A stretch of DNA of 64,000 nt from Azolla caroliniana (Eukaryota; Plantae; Polypodiophyta), in contig JBHGNT010000002.1 in the NCBI GenBank assembly GCA_043228905.1, positions 16,058,001 through 16,122,000 of the forward strand. The letters run 5' to 3'. Every line of letters starts with the position of its first letter. The stretch's first letter is position 1. Below, piece after piece: positions 38,906 to 51,566 of the stretch. The translations under genes and the position numbers were made by a program. The notes below the pieces were generated by a model. It searched no databases. It was given only the letters and a program-made list of their open reading frames with translations, and was not told where the DNA came from.

Positions 38906-41900
38906 TGATGGGAACTTGTCGTTCCTTATGCGCAAGACTCGGCCACAACCGAGATTCTTTTTATACACAGAAAACGGGAAATAGAACACGCGACACAAAG
39001 AAGAAGAAAAAAAGGGTACACAGAATGTTTACGTGGAAAACCCCAAACTAGGGGAAAAACCACGGCAGCCCACAGGCTGCAAACTGTCACTATGTAGGAA
39101 TATACAACAGTGAGTTCACTGAGGCACCGACCTCGTGCTCACAAGTCTTTGCCACAGGCGGCGGTTACAACAGAGACAACGACCTCGTCTCTCTCTCTTT
39201 CTCTGTACAGTTGCGCACTCTCGTTTCTTCTTTGCACCAACAAGGAAGAATGACAACAACTACAACTAAAAGTTTGCCCTAAGTCATATTTATACTAATA
39301 TGACTTTTCGGCTATTTACAAATGTAGCCTCGATGGGCTCTCAGAAACATATTTACGAATATGTCTCTTCATCCGGTTCATACTGGGCCTGCACCATCCG
39401 GCTCTCCGTAGCCGGGTACTCCTCATCCGGTTCATACCGGGCCTGCACCATCCGGCTCTCCATAGCCGGGTACTCCTCATCCGGTTCATACCGGGCCTGC
39501 ACCATCCGGCTCTCCGTAGCCGGGTACTCCTCATCCGGTTCATACCGGGTCTGTATCATCTGGCTCTCCGTAGCCAGGTACTCCTCATCCGGTCTTCACC
39601 GGGTCTGCATCATCCGGTCTTCACCGGGTCTGCATCATCCGGTCTTCACCGGGTCTGCATCATCTGGTCTTCGACCTCGGCCTATCGGCCTCGGCCGAGT
39701 TTGTTCATCTGCACTGATCTTCTCCCTTCCCATCCGGAGGGACTTGTTTCCCAACAAACTCCCCCTTCACTCCGGCATGGGGTGTCTTACCAGCCCGATC
39801 CTCTTCCGACATGCGTCCAGCTTGTCGGGTGTCATTACTTTGGTCAGCATATCTTACCCGTTTTCTGCCGTGTGGATCTTCGTTAGTGCGAACTCCTGGT
39901 CATCTACTCTTTCCCGGATCCAGTGATACCTACGTTGGATATGCTTCGTCCGGGAATGGTAGGCCGCATTCTTAGCAAGGTGGATGGCACTTTGACTGTC
40001 GCAGTAGAGTTGGTATTCCTCTTGCCAGATACCGAGCTCTCCGATGAAGTCCTTCATCCATAATATTTCCTTGCCGGCTTCCACAGCCGCCATGTACTCT
40101 GCCTCTGTGGTTGACAATGCAACCGTCTTCTGCAGCCTCGACTGCCACGAAACAGCTCCCCCTGCGTATGTCATCACATACCCGGATGTAGACCGGCTGG
40201 TATCCACATCAGCCGACATGTCCGAATCGGTGAAACCGTCCAGTTGAGGTTTTCCGGAGCCGAATCGGAGACACATATTTGAAGTGCCCTTCAAATACCG
40301 GAGTATCCACTTGACCGCGTTCCAGTGCTCCTTGCCGGGATTACTCATGAACCGGCTCACCACTTCGACTGCGTATCCAATGTCCAGTCGGGTACAAACC
40401 ATTGCGTACATCAAGCTCCCGATGGCAGAGGCATATGGAATCTTCATCATATCCTCCTTCTCTGCTTTCGTCTTCGGGCTTTGCTTGCCGAATAGCCTGT
40501 AGTTTGCCGGAAGTGTCGATCCGACCGGTTTCGCTTCTGACATGTTGAACCGGTGAAGCACCTTTGTCACATACTTCTCATCTGTCTTGCCGGACCCAAG
40601 TCTTTCATTGAGAAGGTCCGATTGAGAGCCTTCTTCAGCATCCGTATTTTGACTTGGTCACGTCCGACGATCAACATGTCATCCACGTATAGGAGGAGTA
40701 TTAAGAAGTCGCCTCCTTCGAACTTCTTCACAAACACATAGTGATCGGCCTGTGTCTTGTGGTACCCTTGATCGGTCATGAAGGAGTCGAACTTCCGGTA
40801 CCATTGCCGGGGAGCCTGCTTCAGTCCGTACAGGCTCTTCTTCAACCTGCATACCAGGTGCTCCTTCCCTTTCTCCACAAATCCTTCCGGTTGCTGCATG
40901 TAGATCTCCTCTTCGAGGTCGCCGTGAAGGAATGCCGTCTTCACGTTCAGCTGCTCTACCTCGAGGTCCATGCTTGCTGCTATACTCAGCACCGTCCGGA
41001 TGGAGGTCATCTTTACTACCGGGGCAAATATCTCGTCGAAGTCCACGCCCTTCTTCTGCTGGAACCCCTTCACCACGATCCTGACTTTGTATCTCGGGGG
41101 GTTGCCGGCATCTCCCGGTTTCAACTTGTACACCCACTTGTTTCGGAGTGCCCGCTTTCCTTTCGGCAGCTCCACCAATTCGTACGTATGGTTCTCATGC
41201 AGGGAATCCATCTCGTCCTGCATGGCACTTAACCATTTTCGGCTGTGGGTGTCTTCCTTCGCTTCTTCGAAGCTTTCCGGCTCCCCCTCATCGGTTAGCA
41301 GAACATGCTCTGCATCCGGAAATCTCCAGGGGGGCCTTCTCTCTCTTAGAGGATATCTCCGTCTTTGGGCTTTGGTAGCCGGCTCCTCTATTTGCTCTTC
41401 ATCCGAATCCGATTCGGGGTCTTGACCGGTTCCGGTCTCAGCTTCCTCTACTTCATCTTCTGCCGGTTCGGTATCCTCACCGTAACCGGCTGGTTCCTCG
41501 AGTGCTGACCGGTCTCTTGCCGGTTGGGTCTGCTCATCGTAGAGTCTATCCTTACCGGTCGACTAGGAGTTCATTATCTTCTTCTCCGACTCCCAATCGG
41601 CGAGCGTCTTGTCCTCCATGAAGATAATATCTCGACTCCGGAATACCTTCTTGTCAACCGGATCCCACACTCGGTAGCCGAACTCATCGTCACCGTAACC
41701 GAGGAATATGCATGGCCGGGTCTTTGGATCTAACTTTCCTCTCCGGTCCTTTGCTACATGCACGTACGCGAGACACCCGAACACCCTCAGATGCCGGTAG
41801 GACACTTCCTTACCGGTCCATACTCTCTGTGGCGTGTCTCCGTCCAAGGGTACTGAGGGTGATCTATTTATCGCGTATGTCGCCGTCGACAGTGCCTCAA

Positions 41901-44579
41901 CCCAAAACTTCTTGGGTAGTTTTGCATGCGCTAGCATACTCCGGACCCTCTCCATTATGGTCCGGTTCATCCTCTCGGCCAATCCGTTTAGTTCCGGCGT
42001 CTTCGGCACGGTGAATTCAAGCCGGATTCCCTTCGAGCGGCAGTACTCCTCGAACTGCCCCCGGTACTCTCCTCCGTTATCTGCTCGAACCGCCTTCAAC
42101 TTCCGGCCGGTTTCTCTTTCCACTCTCGCATGGAGCTCTTTGAAGACGGATAACACCTGATCCTTCGCCTTCAGCGGTGTTGTCCACAGCTTCCGGCTGT
42201 GGTCATCTATGAACGTCACGAAGTACTGCGCTCCGGCATGTGACTTCGTGTCTACTAAACACACATCCGTATGCACCAACTCCAGTGGTGCATTACGTCT
42301 CATCGGTGGCCTTGGTCGGAAGGAGGTCCGGTTCTGCTTACCGGCCAGACAATCAGTGCACTTCTCCAAGTGCACGTTCTTCACTGGAATGAGGTTGTCG
42401 TCTACAAGCCTCTTCATCCCCTTCTCGCTCATGTGACACAACCTCTTGTGCCACAGCTCACCGGCAGTGTCGGATGCCACGTTCACTTCTTCCGGGCATA
42501 ACCGGGCATTCATCAGGTACAGGGTGTTTTGTAACCTTTCGGGCCCGAGCCACAATCAGGATCCCTTTGCTGAACTTCATAACACCATTCTGGATGCTAC
42601 CCATGTAGCCTTCATCATCTAACCGACCGGCTGATATCAGGTTCAGACGAACTTCCGGAACATGTCGTACATCCTTCAGTAGCAACTTGCATCCGGTTGG
42701 TGTTGTCAGCCACACGTCTCCTATGGCGACAATTCGGCATGTACCTTCATTCCCCATCCGGACACATCCGTGGTCACCGGCTGAGTAGGATGAGAAGCAT
42801 TTCCGGTCCGGGGTAAGGTGGAACGATGCTCCGGAGTCTACCACCCAGGTCATCTCGTCGTCGGCAAGGTTTATCTCACACACCTCAGTGATGAGCATCA
42901 ACTCTTCTTCACTTGCCGCGATTGCCATCGTTCCCTTCCGGTCCGGCCCCCTCCGGTCTTTACCGTTCCAGTCCGGGGTTTGCTTCAAATCGGTATCGTC
43001 GTTTTCCTTGTCTTTATGGAAATGCCGACAGTTCTTTTGGAAGTGTCCCAGCTTGCCGCAATAGAAGCAAGTAGGCCTCCCCCTTGACTTTGACCGTGTC
43101 CCCGACTTCTCCCGGTTTTGAGGACTACGGTTTCTATGTCTTCCGCGTTCCGATTCGGTAAGGAGCGCTTTGGAGTCGGAGCTCGTATCTTTATCCTTCC
43201 GACTCACCTCCTCATCTAGCAAGCTCGACTTTACTCTTGCTAGGGATAACCGTTTTCCTTCCGGCCCGGCGTTGCCCAAAGTGACAACCAACGTCTCCCA
43301 GCTATCTGGGAGGGAACCGAGCAGGAGTAGCGCAAGTACCTCATCGGCGAGAGGTACCTCAAATGAAGTTGCCTGGTGGATCAGCCCTTGGAAGGCATTC
43401 ATGTGCTCCGCCATGCTGGAGCCATCTTGGTACCGGAGTCTTACTAGCTTCCGGAATACCGACACCTGATTGACAGCATTTTTGTTCTGAAACATTATGC
43501 CGATCTTCTCCCAGAGCTCATGAGCCTTGCTCTCTTCATTGAAGTTGTTGTATAGGCTCATGTCGATGAAGCACCGTATGTACGCCGTTGTCTTCATGTG
43601 CATCACCTCCCATATCGCGGCGTCGATTTTGTCCGGTCTCTTGTCCCCGAACTGAACCGGCAGCCAGAGGTCTTTAACAACGAGCATGTCCCTCATCTTC
43701 GACTTCCACACTGAATAGTTGGAGCCGGTGAGCTTGAACATGCCGCCAAACGATTCGTCCATTTTCTGTGTCGATTTCGCTCTGATACCACTTGACGGGA
43801 ACTTGTCGTTCCTTATGCGCAAGACTCGGCCACAACCGAGATTCTTTTTATACACAGAAAACGGGAAATAGAACACGCGACACAAAGAAGAAGAAAAAAA
43901 GGGTACACAGAATGTTTACGTGGAAAACCCCAAACTAGGGGAAAAACCACAGCAGCCCACAGGCTGCAAGCTGTCACTATGTAGGAATATACAACAGTGA
44001 GTTAACTGAGGCACCGACCTCGTGCTCACAAGTCTTTGCCATAGGCGGCGGTTACAACAGAGACAACGACCTCGTCTCTCTCTCTTTCTTTGTACAGTTG
44101 CGCACTCTTGTTTCTTCTTTGCACCAACAAGGAAGAATGACAACAACTACAACTAAAAGTTTGCCCTAAGTCATATTTATACTAATATGACTTTTCGGCT
44201 ATTTACAAATGTAGCCTCGATGGGCTCTCAGAAACATATTTACGAATATGTCTCTTCATCCGGTTCATACCGGGCCTGCACCATCCGGCTCTCCGTAGCT
44301 GGGTACTCCTCATCCGGTTCCTACCGGGCCTGCACCATCCGGCTCTCCATAGCCGGGTACTCCTCATCCGGTTCATACCGGGCCTGCACCATCCGGCTCT
44401 CCGTAGCCGGGTACTCCTCATCCGGTTCATACCGGGTCTGTATCATCCGGCTCTCCGTAGCCAGGTACTCCTCATCCGGTCTTCACCGGGTCTGCATCAT
44501 CTGGTCTTCGACCTCGGCCGAGTTTGTTCATCGGCACTGATCTTCTCCCTTCCCATCCGGAGGGACCTGTTTCCCAACA
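38906..44579 (-). mobile_element. Near-complete Ty1/copia element (5' LTR 43793-44579, PBS 43779-43790, gag-pol, PPT about 39757-39768, 3' LTR 38906-39756)
   Basis: Near-identical LTRs; perfect TSD TGAGA. gag, zinc knuckle, PR (VVDSGAS), IN, RT (LYVDDML) and RNaseH occur in copia order, with frameshifts near 42530 and 40570. Confidence 0.96.
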
Positions 44580-45286
44580 TGAGAGCTCATAAACTCTTAC
44601 TAGTTCATCTAATGGGTATGAGGATGATGGCATAAACTTGGAAAACGATTGTCCTGTTATGTTAACTGTAGTTATTGTATTGTACATCAAGATTTGGATT
44701 CATGAATTTCTATAAATATTGGTGTTAGTCATTTTGGATATTCATTTGTAAATTTGACATGTCCATTATTTAGGCATTTTTTTAAACACCTAAATTTTCG
44801 TACATGCTAGAAATCAATGTATTTTTGGGACATTTTTAAAAATCCTTTACGCATGCGGCACCCCTTTTTGTGCATCACCCTAATTTGTGTCATTGTTTTA
44901 TGGATAGTTTTCAAAATGCAACATATTACCTGTTTCAAATGTCCTGGTGTTATTAGGTAGTTGGAGTTGGTGAGCTTGAACATGCCACCGAATGACTCTT
45001 CCATTTTCTTTCTTTTGTTCGATGTTTAGAACTTCGCTCAGATACCATATTGAAAGGAATAGTTCTCGACCACAATTGAGATCCAAACTCACAATGGAAG
45101 AAAAAAAACAAAATTGAAGTAAGACGACACAGTGTGTCAACATGGAAAACCCTAATCGGGAAAAAACCACAGGAGCCCACAGACTCCAAACTATACCACT
45201 AGAAAGAGGAAGGGTACAATGGAGACTGAGAGGCAACGACCTCGAGCTCTACCTTGGCAACTAGTGGTTACAACATATACAAGTTC

Positions 45287-45322
<36 letters not shown>

Positions 45323-45511
45323 TCTCTCTCTCTATACAACAATAAGAATGATGATACACATACAATTATTGCCCTAGTTATATTTATACTTATATAACTT
45401 TAGGGAAATTTACAAATATGAAATCAATAGACACATCGGAACATATTTACTAATATGTCCGGCTGGATACCTTCCGGATCCATCCAATCCGGTTTTCAGA
45501 TACCTTCTAGA

Positions 45512-48500
45512 TGTTGGGAATATGTCCCTCTAGTGGGAAGAGCCGACTGTTTGGACCAAGAAGTGCAAACAGTCGAAGACTACGAGGAGCCAATTGTTCG
45601 GGCTGAGTGGTGATGGTTGAAGAGTCAACTGCGAGAAAGTCGACTGTGAGAGTCGACAGAAAGGAGATCCAGGTCAAAGACACGACCGACTAGTCGGGCC
45701 GACCACATGTTCGATGACCAGACCGACTGGATAGTCGACACTAGACTCGGATGATGGCTAGTTAATATTATAGATATTAATAGTAGTGATGTGTAGTAGG
45801 GGATACATTTGTAAATAGCCAATACGGTGTATTAGTATAAATACACCTAGGGCAAATAATGTATGTCGTGAGAGTAGAGAAAGAGAGAAAAGAGAGAAAA
45901 GAGAGAAGAACACAATTGTGTGTGTGGTATGTGCGAAGACAGAGAAGAGAGAGAGAGAGAGTGGCACCATAGTTGTGTTTGTAACAACAAACGCCAAGAG
46001 CCCTGTGAGGCTGATACACTATGTAGAGAGTGTTGTAATCTTCTCCATTGTATATCCACTGTATAGTGAAGTCTTGTTCTCCGTGGTTTTTCTCCCATTT
46101 TAGGGTTTCCACGTTAAAATTGTGTACACTATTTTCTGTGTTTCAAAGTTGTGTATTTCAACGTATTCCTTTTTTTTTCTTGTGGATTGACGATTCGTTT
46201 CTTAACAAACTAGTATCAGAGCTTGAGGTGCAAGCATGGAAGGAGATGTGAGTGGCTTCCTAGGAATGATAGTTCTAAACTCTCAAAACTATGCAGACTA
46301 GAAGATAAAGATGGAGGACCTTCTCATAGTCAAAGACCTGTACGAGCCGATCAACAAAGCAGAAATACCCACGGGGGTATTAGAGTTGGAATGGAAACTT
46401 CTTAATAGAAAGGTGGTGGCCACCATCCGACAATGCGTCGATGTAAGTGTCCTTCAACATGTGGCGAATGACACAAATGCCCATGAGATGTGGTAGAAGC
46501 TATCAGGTCTATATGAGAGAAAGAATGCCCTCAATAAAACCTCATTGATGAGAAAGATTGCATGCCTGAAATGCCAAGATGGTGAGAGCATCGTCGAACA
46601 CATCAACACATTCATGGGTTATGTAAATCAACTTGCTGCAACCAAGTTTCCCCTTGATGATGTTATGCAGGCCATCCTACTGATGTGCACACTACCGAAT
46701 AGCTGGGAGAACTTGGTGATTACTCTCAACACCTCTTGTTAAGAAGAGAACTTGTGTTTACAAACGGTGAAGACAAGAATCTTGAATGAGGAAGCGAGAA
46801 GGAAGGACAAGGGTGTCCTAGTCCAGTCGGAGTCAAATTTGACTCAACACATCGACAGAGGAAGAAACCGGAAAAGGAGTCCACCAAGGAGAGAAAAGTC
46901 TCAAGCCATGTCGAAGTCCAGAGGAAAGCTCATGTGCTTTTATTGTGGAAAGCCTGGACATTTCGAAAAGGATTGTCAACACCTTAAAAGGGAAAAGAGT
47001 GTTGGTAATACTATCAAACCTAGGAAGATTCCTAAAGAAAAGAACATTTCAGCCATTGCTACGAGCAATGAAGAACTTGTGTTCATTTGTGAACAGACAA
47101 GCACAAATATTGCAAGCGAAGAATGCACTTGGGTGATCGACTCCGGTGCATCCTTCCACATAACTCCGTCGAGAGAGTATTTCTCGACTTATATAGTTGG
47201 TGATCATGGTTATGTAAAGATGGGTGACAGTGGAGAGTGCAAGATAGCCGGAATCGGAAGTGTCTGCATGACGACATCGACAGGGTGTCGACTGACTCTG
47301 AAGGATGTTCGACACGTCATATCATATTGAATCTGATATCGACTGGAAGACTAGATGATGAAGGCTACAATGGTAGTTTTCGGAATGATAGTGGAAGTTC
47401 TGCCAAGGAAATCTTATAGTGACCCGAGCACAGAAGGAAGGCACATTGTATATGATGCAAGCCTAACTGTGCAAGTCAAAAGTGAATGTGGTAGCTGACT
47501 CGGCAGGACAAATATGGCATAAGAGTCTAGGCCACATGAGTGAGAAGGGTCTACATCTGTTAGCCGACCAGAAACTTCTACCAAAGGTAAAGGGAGTGCA
47601 CCTAGAGAAGTGCATCGACTGCTTAGTTGGAAAGCAGAACAGAGCAACATTCCACACAAGACCACCGAGAAGAAGAGAAGGGCCACTGGAACTAGTACAC
47701 ACGGATGTGTGTTATGTAGATGCTCCGTCGCATCGAGACGGACAATACTTTGTGACTTTCATCAACGACTACAGTCGTAAGTTGTGGGCTTTCGTACTAA
47801 AGTCAAAAGATCAAGTACTATCATTTTTCAAGGAGTTCCAGGCAAGAGCTGAACGGGAGTCAGGTCGGAAGTTGAAGGTTGTCCGAACCGACAATGGTGG
47901 CGAATATAAAGGGCAATTCGAGGAAGACTGCAAGGCCCAAGGTATTCGAATTGAATATACAGTACCGAAGACCCCTGAGTTGAACGGGCTTGCAAAGAGG
48001 ATGAACCGGACAATCATGGAGAGAGTAAGGAGCATGTTGTTGCATGCTAAACTGCCAAAAATATACTAGGCTGAAGCGATGTACACGATTGTTTATCTGA
48101 TCAATAGGTCTCCCTCAGTGCCATTGAAAGGTGATGTCCCACAAAGGGTGTGGACAGGAAAGGATGTCTCCTACCGACACCTGAGGGTGTTCGGATGTCT
48201 TGTATATATGCATGTGGCTAAGGATCAGAGGGTGAAGCTCAACAGTAAGTCAAAACCATGCATATTCATGGGATACTCAGAAGATGAGTTTGGCTATAGA
48301 CTATGGGACCTAGTCGACAAGAAGGTAGTGAGGAGTCGGGACGTAATCTTCTTGGAAGACAAGACCATAGAGGACTGGAAGCAACAGAAGTCAGAATCGA
48401 CTAACCAGTCAACCTCCACTACTATTGACTTGAGACCAAGTGAACCGACACAGTCGGCTGTTCGGAGATAGCCAATCGACACAGCCGAATCCGAGTCAGT

Positions 48501-49180
48501 TGACTCGGAGAGACCGACTGACTATGAGTTTGAGTCGGGAGATCTGTTAAAGTCGATCGATGAATAGGAATCGGAGTCAGTGGACAACCGATAATCGATC
48601 GACATGAACGAGCCAAGAGTAGAGTCGGTAGGGACATCCGAACGAGAGCCGACAACGAGTGGAAGGAGATACCCACTCAGAGAATGGAGAGCACCAACGA
48701 CATATGCCAGTCAATACATCCTATTGAATGATGAAGGTGAGCCCGAGTGCTATGACAAAGCCATTGCCGAAAAGCATAGAGAAAAATGGTTGAGCGTGAT
48801 GCAAGATGAGATGGACTCCTTGCACGAAAACTACACCTACAACCTAGTAGAATTACTGAAAGGTAAGAGAGCTCTAAGGAATAAATGGGTCTACAAGGTG
48901 AAGACGGGAGAAGTTGACAATGTGCCCAGGTATAAAGCCTGCATTGTGGTGAAGGGTTTCCAATAGAAAAAGGGCGTCGACTTCGATGAAATATTCGCTC
49001 CAATCGTGAAGATGACATCCATTAGAATTGTTCTAAGCATAGCTCCCAGTATGGATCTAGAGATCGAACAGCTGGATGTCAAGACGACATTCTTGCACGG
49101 GGAGCTGGATGAAGAGATTTACATGCAGCAGCCCGAAGGATTTTAGGAGAAAGGGAAAGAGAACCTGGTGTGTCGACTGA
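45512..49180 (+). mobile_element. Decayed Ty1/copia (LTR 45512-46207, PBS 46211-46222, gag-PR-IN-part RT), inserted in another LTR and 3'-truncated
   Basis: Motifs CFYCGKPGHFEKDC, WVIDSGAS, RTDNGGEY and LDVKTTFLHG, with multiple stops. Confidence 0.85.
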
Positions 49181-49913
49181 ATCCAATCCAATTCTTTCCT
49201 TCGACCCTGGATGATCCAGCTTGTCCGGTTCTCATCCGGATTCCATCCGGAGGGACCGGTTTCCCAACAAGAAGGACAAGAGTGTTTGTAATAATGTTGA
49301 ACCCAGGAATATTCCTGATGAAAAGGGCACATCAATTCTACCTACGCGTGCAAAGGAGATCTTGTTCATTTGTGGGCAGGCAAGCACAAATCTTGCAAGT
49401 GAAGAGTGTACCTGGGTAACAAAATTGTGTTTATCCTAGGCTGGACTTAGCCACAAACACAGAGTGTTAGTTCTGTAATACTTCTCCAAAGGGGTGGTTA
49501 GGACATGGATGTTATCTGGTGCTTATCCAATTCCGATCCGAGTATTCCTGGATGCCTTCCGGATTACTTAATACGCAACCGATTACTTATAACATGCATA
49601 AGATTTATAGTTAAGCACAGAACGGCAAGTACACAAGAAACAATAGAATTAAGGACAAAACACGCTAATCTCTTATTACTTTCGTTAACTTTTACATCGA
49701 TTTTGAACCCTTTTATTGGCGTCTTGTATAGCTTACAAAATGGTGCCTTACCGGCTACCGGCTATCAATCGGTGTAGATCTAGATCGGTACAACTACCGG
49801 ATCCATCCGTTCTAATAATATGACTTAACTAATAATTAGATTATTATACTCTGACTTGTCGACTCATCCCCATTCACATTACTCCTCCGAAACATACTCT
49901 CTTTAGGCCAACA

Positions 49914-51566
49914 GAACCTGGTGTGCTGGTTGAAGAAGAGCTTATACGGATTGAAGCAAGCTCCCCATCAATGGTACCGGAAGTTTGACTCCGTCATGAC
50001 TGACCAAGGATACCACAAGACGCAGGCCAACCATTGCATGTTCGTGAAGAAGTTTGATGGAAGAGACTTCCTAATACACTTGTTGTATGTGGACGACACG
50101 CTAATCGTCGGACGGGACCAAACCAAAATTGGAATGCTGAAGCATGCCTTGAATTGGGCCCGATGAGACAAATATTGGGGATGCACATAGTCCGGGACTG
50201 GATGAAGAAGCTATTGTGGTTGTCATAGGAGAAGTACATGATGAAGGTGCTCCAATGGTTCAACATGATGGATGTGAAGCCGGTCGGGTCGACACTTTTG
50301 GTAAACTGCAAGATGTTCAGAAAGCAAAGTCCAAAGACAAAGGAGGAGAAAGCGGAGATGACGAAGGTACCCTATGCCTCAGCAGTCAGAAGCCTCATGT
50401 ATGCAATGGTGTGTACCCGACCGGACATCGGATATATGGTCGGAGTGGTCAGCCGGTTCATGAGCAATTCGGGAAGAGAACATTGGACAGTCGTCAAGTG
50501 GATACTCTAGTACCTGAAAGGCACCTCGAGTATGTGCCTCCGATTCGGCTTAGGTAAACCCCTATTGGAAGGCTTTACGGATTCAGATATGTCAACTGAT
50601 GTAGATACCATCCGGTCCACCTCCGGATACATCATGACCTATGCAGGGGGAGCAGTATAATGGCAGTCAAGATTGCAAAAATCGGTGGCATTGTCGACAA
50701 TGGAAGCGGAATACATGGTGATTGTGGAAGCCAACAAGGAAGTAATTTGGATGAAAGACTTCATCGAAGAGTTAGGGATCAGGTAGGAGGAATTCTGACT
50801 CTACTGCGATAGTCATAGTGCCATCCACCTTGCGAAGAACACAACCTACCACTCCCCGACCAAGCACATCCAGAGGAGATATCATTGGCTCTGGGAAATG
50901 GTAGAAGATAAAGAGTTTTGCTGACGAAGATCCATATGGAGGAAAACGGGTTGGACATGCTGACCAAGGTAATGTCAGCCGACAAGCTGGATGCATGTCG
51001 GATACGGATCAGATTGACGAGACATCCCATGCCAGAGTGAAGGGGGAGTTTGTTGGGAAACTGGTCCCTCCGGATGGGATCCGGACGAGCCGGATCGTCT
51101 CGGGTCGAAGGAAGGAACTAGACCGGATGGATCTAGAAGGTATCCGAAAACCGGATCGGATGGATCCAAAAGTTGTCCGGATGAACATATTAGTAAATAT
51201 GTTCCGATGTGATTGTTGAGGTCATATTTGTAAATAGCCATAAAGTTATATAAGTATAAATATAACTAGGGCAATAATTGTACGTGTATCATCATTCTTA
51301 TTGTTGTATATATATATAGAGAGAGATACAGAACTTGTATTTTTTGTAACCGATGGTTGGCAAGGTAGAGCTCGAGGTCATTGCCTCTGAGTCTCCATTG
51401 TACCTTTCCTCTTTCTAGTGGTATAGTTTTGAGTTTGTGGGCTCCTGTGGTTTTTTCCCGATTAGGGTTTTCCATGTTAACACACTGTGTCGTCTTACTT
51501 CTATTTTGTTTTTTTTCTTCCATTGTGACTTTGGATCTCGGTTGTGGTTGAGAACGATTCCTTTCA
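49914..51566 (+). mobile_element. Ty1/copia 3' part (RT, RNaseH, PPT 51040-51049, 3' LTR 51051-51566)
   Basis: Motifs LKKSLYGLKQAP, LYVDDTL and LMYAMVCTRPDI; AAGGGGGAG precedes a TG...CA LTR. The LTR is in the same family as the one starting at 45051. Confidence 0.85.

Larger units (their letters stand above)
35246..44951. mobile_element. Internally deleted TIR transposon related to 23387-32681, opposite orientation; about 4.0 kb once the nested copia is removed
   Basis: 37-bp TIRs at 35246-35282 and 44915-44951 (32/37 identical, beginning AACA). 4-bp TSD ACTG/ATTA differs only by transitions. Contains MTase and transposase remnants and a palindrome array. Confidence 0.85.

Noticed and set aside
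39300-39926. Repetitive ORFs (SSSGSYRACTIRLSVAGY etc., also at 44187, 55184-55934 and 59701)
   Set aside because: These are chance open frames through 54-bp LTR tandem repeats and are open in several frames on both strands.
49420-49913. Possible solo LTR (TGTTAG...CCAACA) between copia fragments
   Set aside because: There is no TSD and no homolog in the window, so the boundaries cannot be supported.
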